In this document: piece after piece, positions 13,095 to 24,589 of the stretch
Layout of the letters: each line of letters opens with the position of its first letter
Numbering within the stretch: position 1 is the first letter of the stretch
NCBI GenBank assembly: GCA_951406725.2
Contig: OX597819.1
Location: 64,604,001 to 64,668,000 of the forward strand
DNA: 64,000 nucleotides
Reading direction: 5' to 3'
Source: Octopus vulgaris
Lineage: Eukaryota
Notes under the pieces: model-generated
What the model was told of the DNA's origin: nothing
Seen by the model: only the letters and a program-made list of their open reading frames with translations
Databases searched by the model: none
Program-made: the position numbers and the translations under genes

Positions 13095-13476
13095 AGCCAG
13101 ATCAGAACAGATATTTTCACGAGGCACTTCTGTCCCTGCCTCGGCAATATCTGACCTAAAATTTTCAAATCATCGCACTCGCGCCAAATTTATCGGCAGC
13201 AAATAAATATAAGCCGCCGATTCCATTACGGAATCAACCAGAAAATTCATAATTAATCAATATAGGGTGCCAAAAAAATTTTGTAGAATTTTTTTGCCAC
13301 CAGCGGCCTAGTGGGAAAAAATTAAATAGTCATAGACCATTTATAAGTTCAACATCACAATCAAGGAACGGCCATATTAGGCAATTCACCCACTAGAAAT
13401 AACAGCCAAAGCTTCAACCGCAAAATAACATTAATTCCGCAAACCAGGAGAAAATTAAAAAAATATCTACCCTGTA

Positions 13477-13576
13477 ATTTCTTATACGATGCATCGCTTC
13501 ATCTATTGTTTAATGTAAACTAACCTGATTAAATTAAATAAATCTTCCAAGGCCCTTAGATTCGTCAGTAAGAAAT
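13477..13576 (-). ncRNA. Type I hammerhead ribozyme, copy 3 (core mutation GAAA>GAAG, small deletions in stem II)
   Basis: Plus strand reads GCATCGCTTC instead of GCACCGTTTC. Confidence 0.75.
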
Positions 13577-13648
13577 AGCCAGATCGGAACAGATATTGCC
13601 GAGGCAGGGACAGAAATGCCTCGTGAAAATATCTGTTCCGATCTGGCT

Positions 13649-13755
13649 ATTTCTTACTGACGAATCTAAGGGCCTATGGAAGATTGGGTTGATTTAATTT
13701 AATCAGGTTAGTTTACCATTAAACAATAGATGAAACGGTGCATCGTATAAGAAAT
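13649..13755 (+). ncRNA. Type I hammerhead ribozyme, copy 4 (inverted arm)
   Basis: ATTTCTTA 13649-56, CTGACGA 13657-63, GAAA 13732-35, CGGTGCATCG, TA 13746-47, TAAGAAAT 13748-55. Confidence 0.9.
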
Positions 13756-13879
13756 TACAGGGTAAATGTTTTTTAATTTTCTCCTGGTTTGCGGAATTAA
13801 TGTTATTTTGCGGTTGAAGCTTTGGCTGTTATTTCTAGTGGGTGAATGGCCTATTATGGCCGTTCCTTGATTGTGATGT

Positions 13880-13955
<76 letters not shown>

Positions 13956-14784
13956 GCATGTATGTATATGCATGTGTTTATATATACAAACAGACATATA
14001 CAAACACTGCAAAAAATATCAATAAACATTTTAAAATGGAAAACACGTTTATGCATGAATAATAAAGTCACAGCGATATTCTTCGACAGTGAGTATCTCT
14101 TATAGTAATCATTTGGAAAGCTGACGAAACTCATGCACCAGCAGCAGGAGGTGAGTATGGCATACTGATTCCTTCTCATTACCCGACAAATATAACGATG
14201 ACTACTGAGCAAATAAGTATCTCACACGCTCCCAATTTTCTCCGAGACCGCTTACTTTCGTTTTGTGTTATACTCTGTCAATTAGCTCTCAGTTGTTGAT
14301 TCTTGAGAGCAAAATCTCCATTTCGTTACAGGAAGCGAACTAATTTCTCTTTATCGACAATTTCTGCCGTATACTATGTGATATTTATTTGTTCGTCACA
14401 AAGCCATACACATACACACTCGCACATACATACACATACATAAACTCACAACACACACAAATACATATATACCTATAGACGTGTGTGTAGCGGTGTGGAT
14501 GTTTATATGTGCACGTACACACCACTGTGCGTGTCAATGGACAAATAGATCGAAAAATAACGTTACAATTAGGTTAGTTTCGATTTTTCTTCCTATTGTC
14601 CGTTCCATCAAGCATTCAAATGCATATACGCACATAAACACCATGCATTCACAAAATTACACCCATACGGAACAAAATAGATTCCAAGCACGCATACACA
14701 ACATATGAATTAAATCCAGGAATTTGAAGCAAAGGCAGATATAAATTCATATTGCTACAGCTGTTTCATAGTCCACTCCTATTA

Positions 14785-15191
14785 ATCTTTTACTCTTTAC
14801 TCTTTTACATGTTTCAGTCATTTGACTGCGGCCATGCTGGAGCACCGCCTTTAATCGAGCAACTCGACCCCGGGACTTATTCTTTTGAAAGCCCAGTACT
14901 TATTCTATCGGTCTCTTTTGCCGAACCGCTAAGTAACGGGGACATAAACAAACAAGCATCGGTTGTCAAGCAATGCTAGGGGAACAAACACAGATACACA
15001 AACACACACACGCATATATATATATACATATATACGAGGGGCTTCTTTCAGTTTCCGTCTACCAAATCCACTCACAAGGCTTTGGTCGGCCCGAGGCTAT
15101 AGTAGAAGACACTTGCCCAAGGTGCCACGCAGTGGGACTGAACCCAGAACCATGTGGTTCGTAAGCAAGCTACACAGCCACTCCTGCGCCT
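14785..15191 (-). mobile_element. tRNA-derived SINE with internal (TA/CA) microsatellite (second SINE family)
   Basis: Minus: GGCGCAGGAGTGGCTGTGT...GGGTTCAGTCCC (B-box-like)...CCTTGGGCAAGTGTCTT, ending in a short repeated GTAAAAGA tail. Other copies at 16243, 49345 and 57998. Confidence 0.85.
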
Positions 15192-16242
15192 ATTGACTAC
15201 ATTTTATTTATATTCATACATTTATGCAGATATACGCATACGTGCAAAAGTATAAATTGTTACTGGTGTACCAGTGAGAAAAAATAACTATTCACCTGCC
15301 CTTTTCCTGCATATCACCATGTACAAATCAAAATCTATTTGCCTCTATTGCAGAGAGTATGATAGATTCCTTTTATACTTCACTCGAAAGTGTGAATGAG
15401 GTTAAAAAAATGAAACTTAAAAAATATTTTCTCTGTAATCAATTTCAAAATATCATTTTGCAAAACGTTTTATAAAAAGCAGTGAAAAGCCTTCAAAGTG
15501 TTCGTTTAGAAAAACCTGTAGGAACTAATGTGTAAATCTTGATGTAGTTTTATCAGCAAACTCTACAGTCAACTTATACATGCTAGAAGAGAAAAAGCAA
15601 ACACGAACTATTTATAATAACTCACAAAAGGAAATTGAAAATGTAAACAGCAAACTATAGATATTTACACACCCAAAGTGACTGTTCTGCGCAAGCCAAC
15701 CGATACATCTGTTGAATTCAAGCCCAGATGTTAGGTAGGAACAATAGACGGAAAGGGGAACCATGCCAATGACATTCGAGCGCAGCCAAAAGTTAACTAG
15801 ATAGAAATAGTGTGAAGAAAAAGATCCTGGACCACTCGAATACTCACAGACACTGCGGAGTATCAGTTTTGAGGGAACTGAAAGTTTGATATATGAATAT
15901 TCTCAAATGTTCAGACGATAGATGCCCAATATACGTATAAATTATTAACACACACACACAGAGACGCACACATAGGCACACACACAAACATACACACATG
16001 TATCTATATGTATACATATACATACATACATACATACATGTCTGTATATTTATACACACACACACATATTTATGTAGGGTCGTCGGCCACCAAACTGGCA
16101 ACCCACCAAGATTACTTGGTGAGGAGGGTCATTGTTGGACACCCTGCAGGACGAAAAATAAGGGTTCATGCGTAATCAACGGCAATCCAGCATTATGTGT
16201 ATGTATATGTACGTATGTGTGTGTGTATTTATATATTTATAT

Positions 16243-16430
16243 ATATTCTTTTATTTGTCTCAGTACTTTGACTGCGGCCATGCTGGGGCACTGCATTCTC
16301 TCGAACTTATTCTTTGTAAGCTTAGTACTTATTCTGTCGTTCTCTTTTCCGAGACGCCAACTTACGGGGACGTAAACACACCAACATCTGTTGCTAAGTG
16401 ATGTTGGAGATAAAAACAGAGACACAAACA
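16243..16430 (-). mobile_element. 3' half of the SINE family at 14785
   Basis: Shares TTTGACTGCGGCCATGCTGG...AGTACTTATTCT...GGGGACGTAAAC. Confidence 0.8.
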
Positions 16431-16436
16431 TATACA

Positions 16437-16555
<119 letters not shown>

Positions 16556-16629
16556 GAGTAAATAATTTCTTCGATGGTTTTTCAGACAACCAACAATTAT
16601 TTACCGGTAGATTTCGATATGTAAATATG

Positions 16630-18200
16630 AACATTAGCGGCGGGAACTTCTGTGAAGTTCAGTATATATTGCATATAAGTAGAAGGGCAGGCAACAGGTT
16701 GCTTTGCCGCATACCGAAAGAATTAGAAATTGCAATCAGAGACTGTTTATTTCTATTTTCTACAAATGGGGCTCCACATACGACATAATCCTGCAATTCA
16801 CATATGCAAAATAGGAGGAATAAATAACGAAAACAATGCCTTACCGTTGATAGCGAACATGTTTCTAGATCAGAAGTAAGAAAATACCTCCCTTGAAGTA
16901 AAAGATCGAAATGAAGTTATCAAAAATCCTCCTGGTATAATGAATAAATGGAAAGAACACTTTGCAGATTTTTTTCCACAATCCGTCGGTAGTGAATATG
17001 GATATCATAAACAACATTCTGCAAGGAGAAATAGTGCAACACATGAACGATACACCTTCCAATCAAGAAGTAAATCTGGCATTATGTAAACTGAGATCAG
17101 GTAAAGCATCTAGATTGGATAGTGTTCCAGTTGAAATTCTGGAAGCAGGTGGGGATCATATTTAATCTGAAATTCAAAGCCTGACAACTCGAGTTTGGAA
17201 TGAATCTTCTGAGCCACAAGAATGGATAAACGGAATTTTAATATCTGGATACAATGTTAAGGGTCCAAAAACAGTGTGGTAATTCTAGAGAGATAAATAT
17301 CCAGGCCCATACGGGGAAGATACTTTCAAGGATCATGTTAAATCGTCTTGCTGAGAATGTGTTGTCAGATATGATTCCTGAAGAACGCTATGGTTTCAGA
17401 CATGAGCGAGGATCAATATATCATAGACATGATATTTTCTGTGAGGTAGGTTCAGGGAAAATGCTTAGATGAACAAAAACCACTATACCAGTTTTCATAG
17501 ATTTAACTAAGGCATTTGAGACGGTAAACAGGGAGGCACTGTGGATTGTTTTGTGTAAACTAGATTCCCAACACATGTTTTGAGCATCTTTAAGGAAATT
17601 CACAAAATATGAAAGCTCACGTCGTCTTTAGGGGTGAGCTCACGAATTGTCGGTGGACAACGGGTTCAAACAGGGAGATATTCCTGCCCCTACACTTTTC
17701 TGTATTTAATTTATTGCATTGTATTGATATACTTTCAAGGATATCAACAGGGGCATCAGAATCAGATTTCGGACAACTTGTCCCATTTTTCACCTGGCCC
17801 GCTTTAACTGCAAAGCAAAGACTTTCAAAATACTTGTTAGAGAATTACATTCTGCTTATGATGCTGATTTGTTGGCACACTTAGAAGGGGGGATGCGACA
17901 TTTGATGGAAATATTTTTTACTGCATGTGTGCATTTGGGACTCACATTAATGTTTACTCCCGTGCTTGGACAATTATATTCCGACCCAAACATTTTTGAA
18001 CGGAACAAAGCTAGAAGTCGTTGACACCTTTGTTTATCTTGGAAACACATTGTCGAGATTTGGCGATCTTGATACAAAGAAATACTATCAAATAGGAGAG
18101 GGAATTGTTGCAATAGGAAAGCGTAAAAAGCGAGTATGCGTAGAGGAATTTCCCTGCGGACAAATATCAGTGTTTATAAAGCGTGTGTTTTGCCAGCAAA
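16630..18200 (+). mobile_element. Decayed RTE-clade LINE (RT region)
   Basis: Fragments GKASRLDSVPVEIL, TGKILSRIMLNRL, FIDLTKAFETVNREALW, QGDIPAPTLF, FVYLGNTLS. Similar to the RTE at 60568-64000. Confidence 0.85.
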
Positions 18201-18204
18201 ATGA

Positions 18205-18356
18205 AAAGTTTTGTCTTCTTTGCACGGCCAGAATAATCAGGAAAGTATTAGATAGATGAAAAGAACAAACAGCATGGTACCGTAGGCTGCAGGCAGTAAG
18301 CCTGCTACGCACGCAAGTCTCCAGGGCTTCAACGAAACCTGTGATAAAAAAGAGAA

Positions 18357-18358
<2 letters not shown>
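18205..18358 (+). mobile_element. R4/Dong extreme 3' tip + UTR running into (TAA)n
   Basis: LLCTARIIRKVLDR* C-terminus followed by (TAA)n. A homologous tip lies on the - strand at about 27380-27480. Confidence 0.65.
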
Positions 18359-18415
<57 letters not shown>

Positions 18416-18619
18416 TAATAATAATAACAAAGACAACAACAACAACAACCTCAGGAGCAACAACATAAAGAAGAAGAAGAAGAAGAAGAAGAAAAAGAAG
18501 AAAAAGAAAAAGAAGAAGAAGAAGAAGAAGAAGAAGAAGAAGAAGAAGAAGAAGAAGAAGAAGAAGAAGAAGAAGAAGAAGAAGAAGAAGAAGAAGAAGA
18601 AGAAGAAGAATGATAATAA

Positions 18620-19085
18620 CGGTAATGACGCGAAAATTTCGGAGCATGTACCAAATAAAATGATGCAGGAGGATGGAAAAGTAACGATACTCTGAGACTA
18701 TGATTTTCAAGCTGATCGTCTAATCAAATATCATCGGTCGGATATTGTCGTATTGAGTAAAAGAGACAAATACTTTCAGATCATTGATGTAGCTATACCA
18801 AATGACATGATTATTTATTTCTATTTTCAACAAATGGGTGCTCCACATACGACATAACCCTGCAATTCGCATATGCAAAATAAGAGGAATAAATAACCAA
18901 AACAATGTTGAAAAAATCACCAAATACTCTGAATTGAAAGTGGAAACGGCAAGATTGTATAGAATGCGAGATGGTAATGTAAAAGTGATACCAATGGGAA
19001 TCGGAAGATCGGCTCAAACCCATTGAAACTTCTACAGTACTTATTGCAACCAGAAATGTGTTGCAAAAAGCAACCTTATTGGGCA
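18620..19085 (+). mobile_element. R4/Dong RLE fragment, same family as 3424-3912, with a ~95-bp foreign insert
   Basis: EHVP...QEDGKVTIL...DIVVLSK...IIDVAIPNDMI [insert] VEKITKYSELKVETARLYRMRDGNV. Confidence 0.8.
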
Positions 19086-21535
19086 AAATGAAAATGAAAA
19101 AGAACGTAATGAAGATGCAGAATGGATTAAGGAACAAGAACCATTCCTGGAAAATAAAGAAATACAGGAATGGGAATATATTCAAAAGGAGGAGGTATCC
19201 CTAGCCCTGAAAAAGCAAGCAATTGGAAGTCACCGGGAATAGATCGAGTACCAAACATCTGGATCAAACAGCTAGTTGATATACATGGATATGTATACAA
19301 CGAAGTCATGAAAAGCCCAGAAAATAGCCCAAACTGGTTGACAGAAGGAATGACATGCCTAATACCAAAAACAAATGACACCGGAAACACAAAGAACTAT
19401 AGACCAATTACATGTCTACCAACAATGTATAAAATAGTAACACCTGCAATTACTGAAAGAACTCACACATTCCTAGAAGAAAACAACCTATTACGACTAA
19501 AACAAAAAGGTTGTCGAAGAGGGAGCTACGGATGCAAGGACCAATTTCTGATAAACAAAATTATCCTTCAAGACTGCAAAACCAGGAAAACGAACCTGGG
19601 CACATGATGGATCTATTATGAAAAGACGTTCGATAGTGTAGCTCACTCATGGATTCTGAAAGTGATGGAATTATACAAAGTATCCCCAATTCTCACCAAG
19701 TTTATGAAACGCAGCATGAATACATGGAAAACTACGTTGACGCTGAACCATTCCAGTTGATCAATAACAAGCAGACCAATCAAAATCAAAAGCGATATCT
19801 TCTAAGGTAACTCGCTGTCACCCTTAATATTCTGCTTGGCACTAGTACCATTAAGTACCGTGCTCAACAAAACCGGGTATGGATATGAGATCAAGAAGAA
19901 AAAAGGGAATCATTTGTTCTAAATGGATGATCTGAAAATGTACTAAAAAATGACGAACAACAAGAAGGTCTACTTGCTATGTTAAAAAGTTCAGTGATGA
20001 TATCAGGATGCAGTTTGGACTACAGAAATGCGCGAAAGCCACTTCCATAAGAGGCAAAGTGGCATGTTCTGCGGATATTCACGTAGATACAGAAGCAAAA
20101 ATTCGAGCACTGGACCAGGAACAAGCATATACATACCTTGGCATAGACGATGGTAGCTGTATAAAACATTCAGCAATGAGTACTACAGGAGAATACGGTT
20201 AGTAACAAAGACTGAACTCAGCGCTGTAGACAAAATAGAAGCCATTAACACTCTTGCAGTACCAGTCGTAGCTTACAGTTTCAACATAATCAACTGGCAA
20301 ATGAGTAAAATAAAGAAGCTAGACTCCAAGACCAGATAACAAGTAACCATGGCTCGAATGAATCATTTACCGAAAAGCTTGGGCGGAAGAGGACTAACTC
20401 AACTAGAATCATCTTACAAAACCACCACTGTAGGATTAAATACATATCTTGAGCTGTCTAAAGGTCCTCTAATGAAGCTTGCGCACCAGCATGATAAATT
20501 AAAGAAGCTATACTCAGTATACTAAGATTCTGTACAGTTTAAGAAACAACTGATGACGGAGGAACCTAGGATGAAGGCGAGTGAGAAAGTAACTCAGTTT
20601 GCTAAAAGAGTTAAAGAAGAGATGATTAAAAATAAGTCCAGAAGAAGAGTAAAGAAAAACGGCTAGAAAAACCGATGCATGGCAGAAACCCATTTAAAGT
20701 GAACAAACATGATGCAGAAAAACGAGACGCTCATGTATGGATGAAGAGCTCAGGACTGAAGGCTGAAACTGAAGGTTTTATCATAGCAGCACAAGACCAA
20801 AGCTTGGCAACCAGGGCTTACCACAACAAAATAATGAACGATGGTACTACCCCGAAATGCAGACTGTGTCCTGAGCAGAATGAAACAGTGGACCACATCT
20901 TAACTGGATGCACAGCGCTTGCAAAAACCGAATATATTCATATACACGATAGAGTAGAGCAATTGGAAGATATGTAAACACTACCAGCTTCCAACTTCAG
21001 AAATATGGTACCAGCATAAACTTGAAACCGTCTTCGGAAAAGATAATGTAGCAGTACTCTGTGACATGCCAATGAACACCGATAAACAAAACAAGGCAAA
21101 CAGGCCGGGCATATCAAAGATAGGAATAATAAGAAATGCTTAATGATAGATGTGACAGTCCCATCAGAGAGAAATGTGTCCATTAAAGAAGTTGAGAAGG
21201 TAGTTAAGTACAACAATCTAGAAAGTGACCAAGATGTGGGGAATGAAAAGCAGCACAGCACCAGTGGTGATTGGAGCGCTAGGGCTAATTAAAAAGGGCC
21301 TTCATAAGCAATTCAACAAATTTCCGTGCACTGTTAACGTGAGGAAACTTTAAAAAATAGTGTTGAAACGTTCCGCACACATTTTACGCTGTGTACTCTC
21401 AATGAGATGAGGACCTGTTGTGACCTTAGACAACGGACTAGGCATAACACCACATGCATTTCCAACTTGTTGTCTCTTGAGGTCTCTGGGTGAGACTTGG
21501 AGCCAACTTGTGCAAATGTAAAGCTAAAGTCAAAC

Positions 21536-21538
<3 letters not shown>
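19086..21538 (+). mobile_element. R4/Dong-clade retrotransposon: RT, CCHC, RLE and 3' UTR, decayed, ending in (TAA)n
   Basis: NWKSPGID, KNYRPITCLPTMYK, QKGCRRGSYGCKDQ, MDDLK, ETEGFIIAAQDQSL, CRLC...ETVDHILTGC, LMIDVTVPSE. Confidence 0.92.
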
Positions 21539-21616
<78 letters not shown>

Positions 21617-22152
21617 GCAAATAAACTATATATTATTGTGGAAGATCACAGCAATAATGGCTATTTATTGATTGATATGAGCATTCCTTGTGACCATGAT
21701 ATCTCGGGAAAGGGATTTGAGAAGCTCAGATAATCGACATACAAAAGTCGCAGCATCTCCAGACGGTTACAATACCAGTAACTGTAGGAGCACTTGGATT
21801 GATCAAAAAAGGAACTGAAATGTATTTATGAATGACCCCTGGCTTACCATTCATGCAGGAAGTGCAAAAGATTGTCTTAACTGGCACGTCATACGTATGG
21901 AGAAGAGCATTGCCGCTGTGAATTTTCTTTCCGTTTTTCCACTTTATTTAATATTTACAATTTTATTCTTCATCCACCCCCATCCTATTTTCTCTCCGTT
22001 TTCTTTTTTATCTCTATCACATGACTCTGTAAATGAACAATCTGGAGTGTTTGTTTCAATGGCCTACCAATGTATACAGCACGCTTTATTTTTCTACACT
22101 AGGTTTAAGAAACACCCTCGGCAAGGAATGAAAAAAGATTTTAAAGAAAATG
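21617..22152 (+). mobile_element. R4/Dong RLE 3' fragment between two (TAA)n tracts
   Basis: LLIDMSIPCDHDISGKGFEKL...IPVTVGALGLIKKG...EVQKIVLTGT. Confidence 0.8.
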
Positions 22153-22154
22153 CT

Positions 22155-22324
<170 letters not shown>

Positions 22325-22831
22325 ACAGAGATTTTCAGATAATGTTTGTATTACCTGTGTCAATTGTTTGAAAATGTGTTGTTTTCTGAATCAAATTGAA
22401 TACATTTCTTACGGTTTTTTTCTTCTTTTTACTGAAAAGTTGAAGAAATCTTTATATTCACTCCAAACACCTCCATATCATAATATATACAATGTGACAG
22501 CCTGAGCTCTCACCTTGTCTTATCTTATCTTATCCCGAAGCTCACTTTCTGTATCCGATATAACCCCACTCATAAAAAAAAAAAAAACAGAATTTAAAAC
22601 CAACGTACTCCAATTCATACAGACACAACCTCATTTTGTACAGGTTTTCTTCGCACTTCGATGCAACAAATAATTAACAGTAAAGGAATGCCGGAATTTG
22701 TATTAATCTTAGCATTTTCCTTTCTCTCTCTATCATACCAACACTCCCTTCTCTCGCATTATATGTGTGTAGAAATAGTACATAGGAACACACACACACA
22801 TATTTATGTAGTTTGTAATATATATATATAT

Positions 22832-23707
22832 AGGGAGAGTTTACGAAAAAAAACAAAAGACGAAGACAGGCGGTGTACAAAAGAAACAGATGTATTAGTA
22901 TAACGCTCAGGAAGAGAAAAAGGCTTTTACGTTTCGAGCCAACGCTCTTCTACAGAACGGGACACAGAATAAACAAGGAGAGTAACAAGTGGCTAACGAT
23001 CGATCATGGCGACTGACTGCCGGTCAGAAGGGTCACATAAGAGAGCGAAGAAGTAGGGGAGATAACACAGTAAAGATGACCCCCACCACGAAGGTGCCTG
23101 TGTGTATAAGAGGGTATGTATGCGCGTGTGAGAGAGGGTTGGTTGTCTGGACGTGTGCCTGTATGTATGTCAAGGTGTGAAAATGTGGTGATGGGAATTG
23201 GTCAGTACTGGTGTGTGGGTGATGTGTTGTGATGTGATGTGTAATGTGGTATGGTGTAGTGTGGTGTGATGTTGTTGGGAGGTGAGGGAAGCGATAGTGA
23301 GGAAGGAACGGGTGGGGTGTGGGTTCGGCTGAGGGTTGGGGTATGTGGGTAGGCAGAAGGTGGGGGAAGAGGTTGGGATTGTGGGAGTGGGTGTAGGGGA
23401 TAGGATGGGGGAATGGGATGGGAAATGTAAGGAAGATAGAGTAGGAATGTGTAGGGGTGGCGTGGGCTAATGGGGTAGGGTTGACAATGAAGGGAGAAGG
23501 GGCAGGTGGGTATGTGAGTAGAAAGAGTTAGAGAGAAAGAGATCAAGATAGGAGAGTTCGGTGGGAGCAAATAGGAGGGAGGGAGCAGTGACAAGGGGAG
23601 AGGTTAGATGAAGAGGGGAGGAGAGTTGAGCCCAAATGGCGTCAAGGAGTCAAGAGAGAAGATAAAATCCCTGTTCACGACGCAAACGGGAGTCAGGATG
23701 ACCTCTG

Positions 23708-23710
<3 letters not shown>
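22832..23710 (-). mobile_element. 3' end of a Penelope-like element (GIY-YIG-type C-terminal tail, pyrimidine-rich UTR, variant minimal hammerhead), between (TA)n tracts
   Basis: Minus translation [22 protein letters not shown] resembles the I..L....P.GLN end of PLE endonucleases. Motif CTGTAGA-A-GAGC GTTG GCTC-GAAA-CG-TA at 22924-22958. Homologous to 54420-55058. Confidence 0.7.
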
Positions 23711-23748
<38 letters not shown>

Positions 23749-24589
23749 GAATATAAATATATATATATATGAATATATATTCCCATATATGTACATAAAT
23801 ATATATGCATGCATATATATATATGTGTATACATTGGTATATAAATACGCAAAAATCTATGTAGCTTGTAAGAAATATATACATATATATATATATACGT
23901 ATACGTAAATACAAAACAGACACCCTCATACCCACATACACGCACGCGCAAAAGCTTATATAGGACCATGTGTGTATATACCTATATAGGTATATACGCA
24001 TGTATATGTATATTTGTACTTACATATAAGTCACCCCTCATAGATAACACAGACTCTGATCCGAAACGAAAACACTTTAAATGTTATTTGGATTCCATTA
24101 GATTTCTTTCAATTAAATCGCTTCAGCCGCTTTTTCATCAGGATAATGTAAAGAGCCATTAGATTTGTAGAAATTTAAATGCCAAACGCGAAGATTCTCC
24201 TACCTGATTTCAAGTTGTATTAAATCTAAATTGGACATTTAAAGTGTAACCAGTCAGAATTCCATTAACAGAAATCCGGAATTTTATATCTAATCACTTA
24301 CCGAAAGTTTGAATGAGTTTAAGAGAGTTCAATGGCTGTACACAGACTCAATTATTTATGAGGTGTTTGAAAACAGAGGGTCGCATTTTCAATGTATTTA
24401 TTTCTTATTAAATTGATAAGAATCCCAGTATATTTCGAGACAGTGCAATAGAAATAAAAAATGTTTCCCATAATACAAATAAAAGTTTTCCGTCCTCACA
24501 TAATCCTGCGTATGTACGTACGTTCCTATATGAACTCTCAAGATTATGTAAATATATATGTTAGTGTAGGTAATTATAAATACATAAAT

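Larger units (their letters stand above)
12277..13881. mobile_element. 488-bp tandem array (about 2.7 units) plus inverted 0.29-kb arm; retrozyme/Penelope-pLTR-like, inserted in (TA)n
   Basis: TTAATCAATATAGGGTG recurs at 12277, 12765 and 13253 (period 488). Orientation flips at about 13590. One hammerhead per unit, no ORF. Confidence 0.85.

Noticed and set aside
12277-13597. CRISPR array or simple satellite interpretation
   Set aside because: There are no unique spacers, the context is eukaryotic, and whole units repeat and contain ribozymes.
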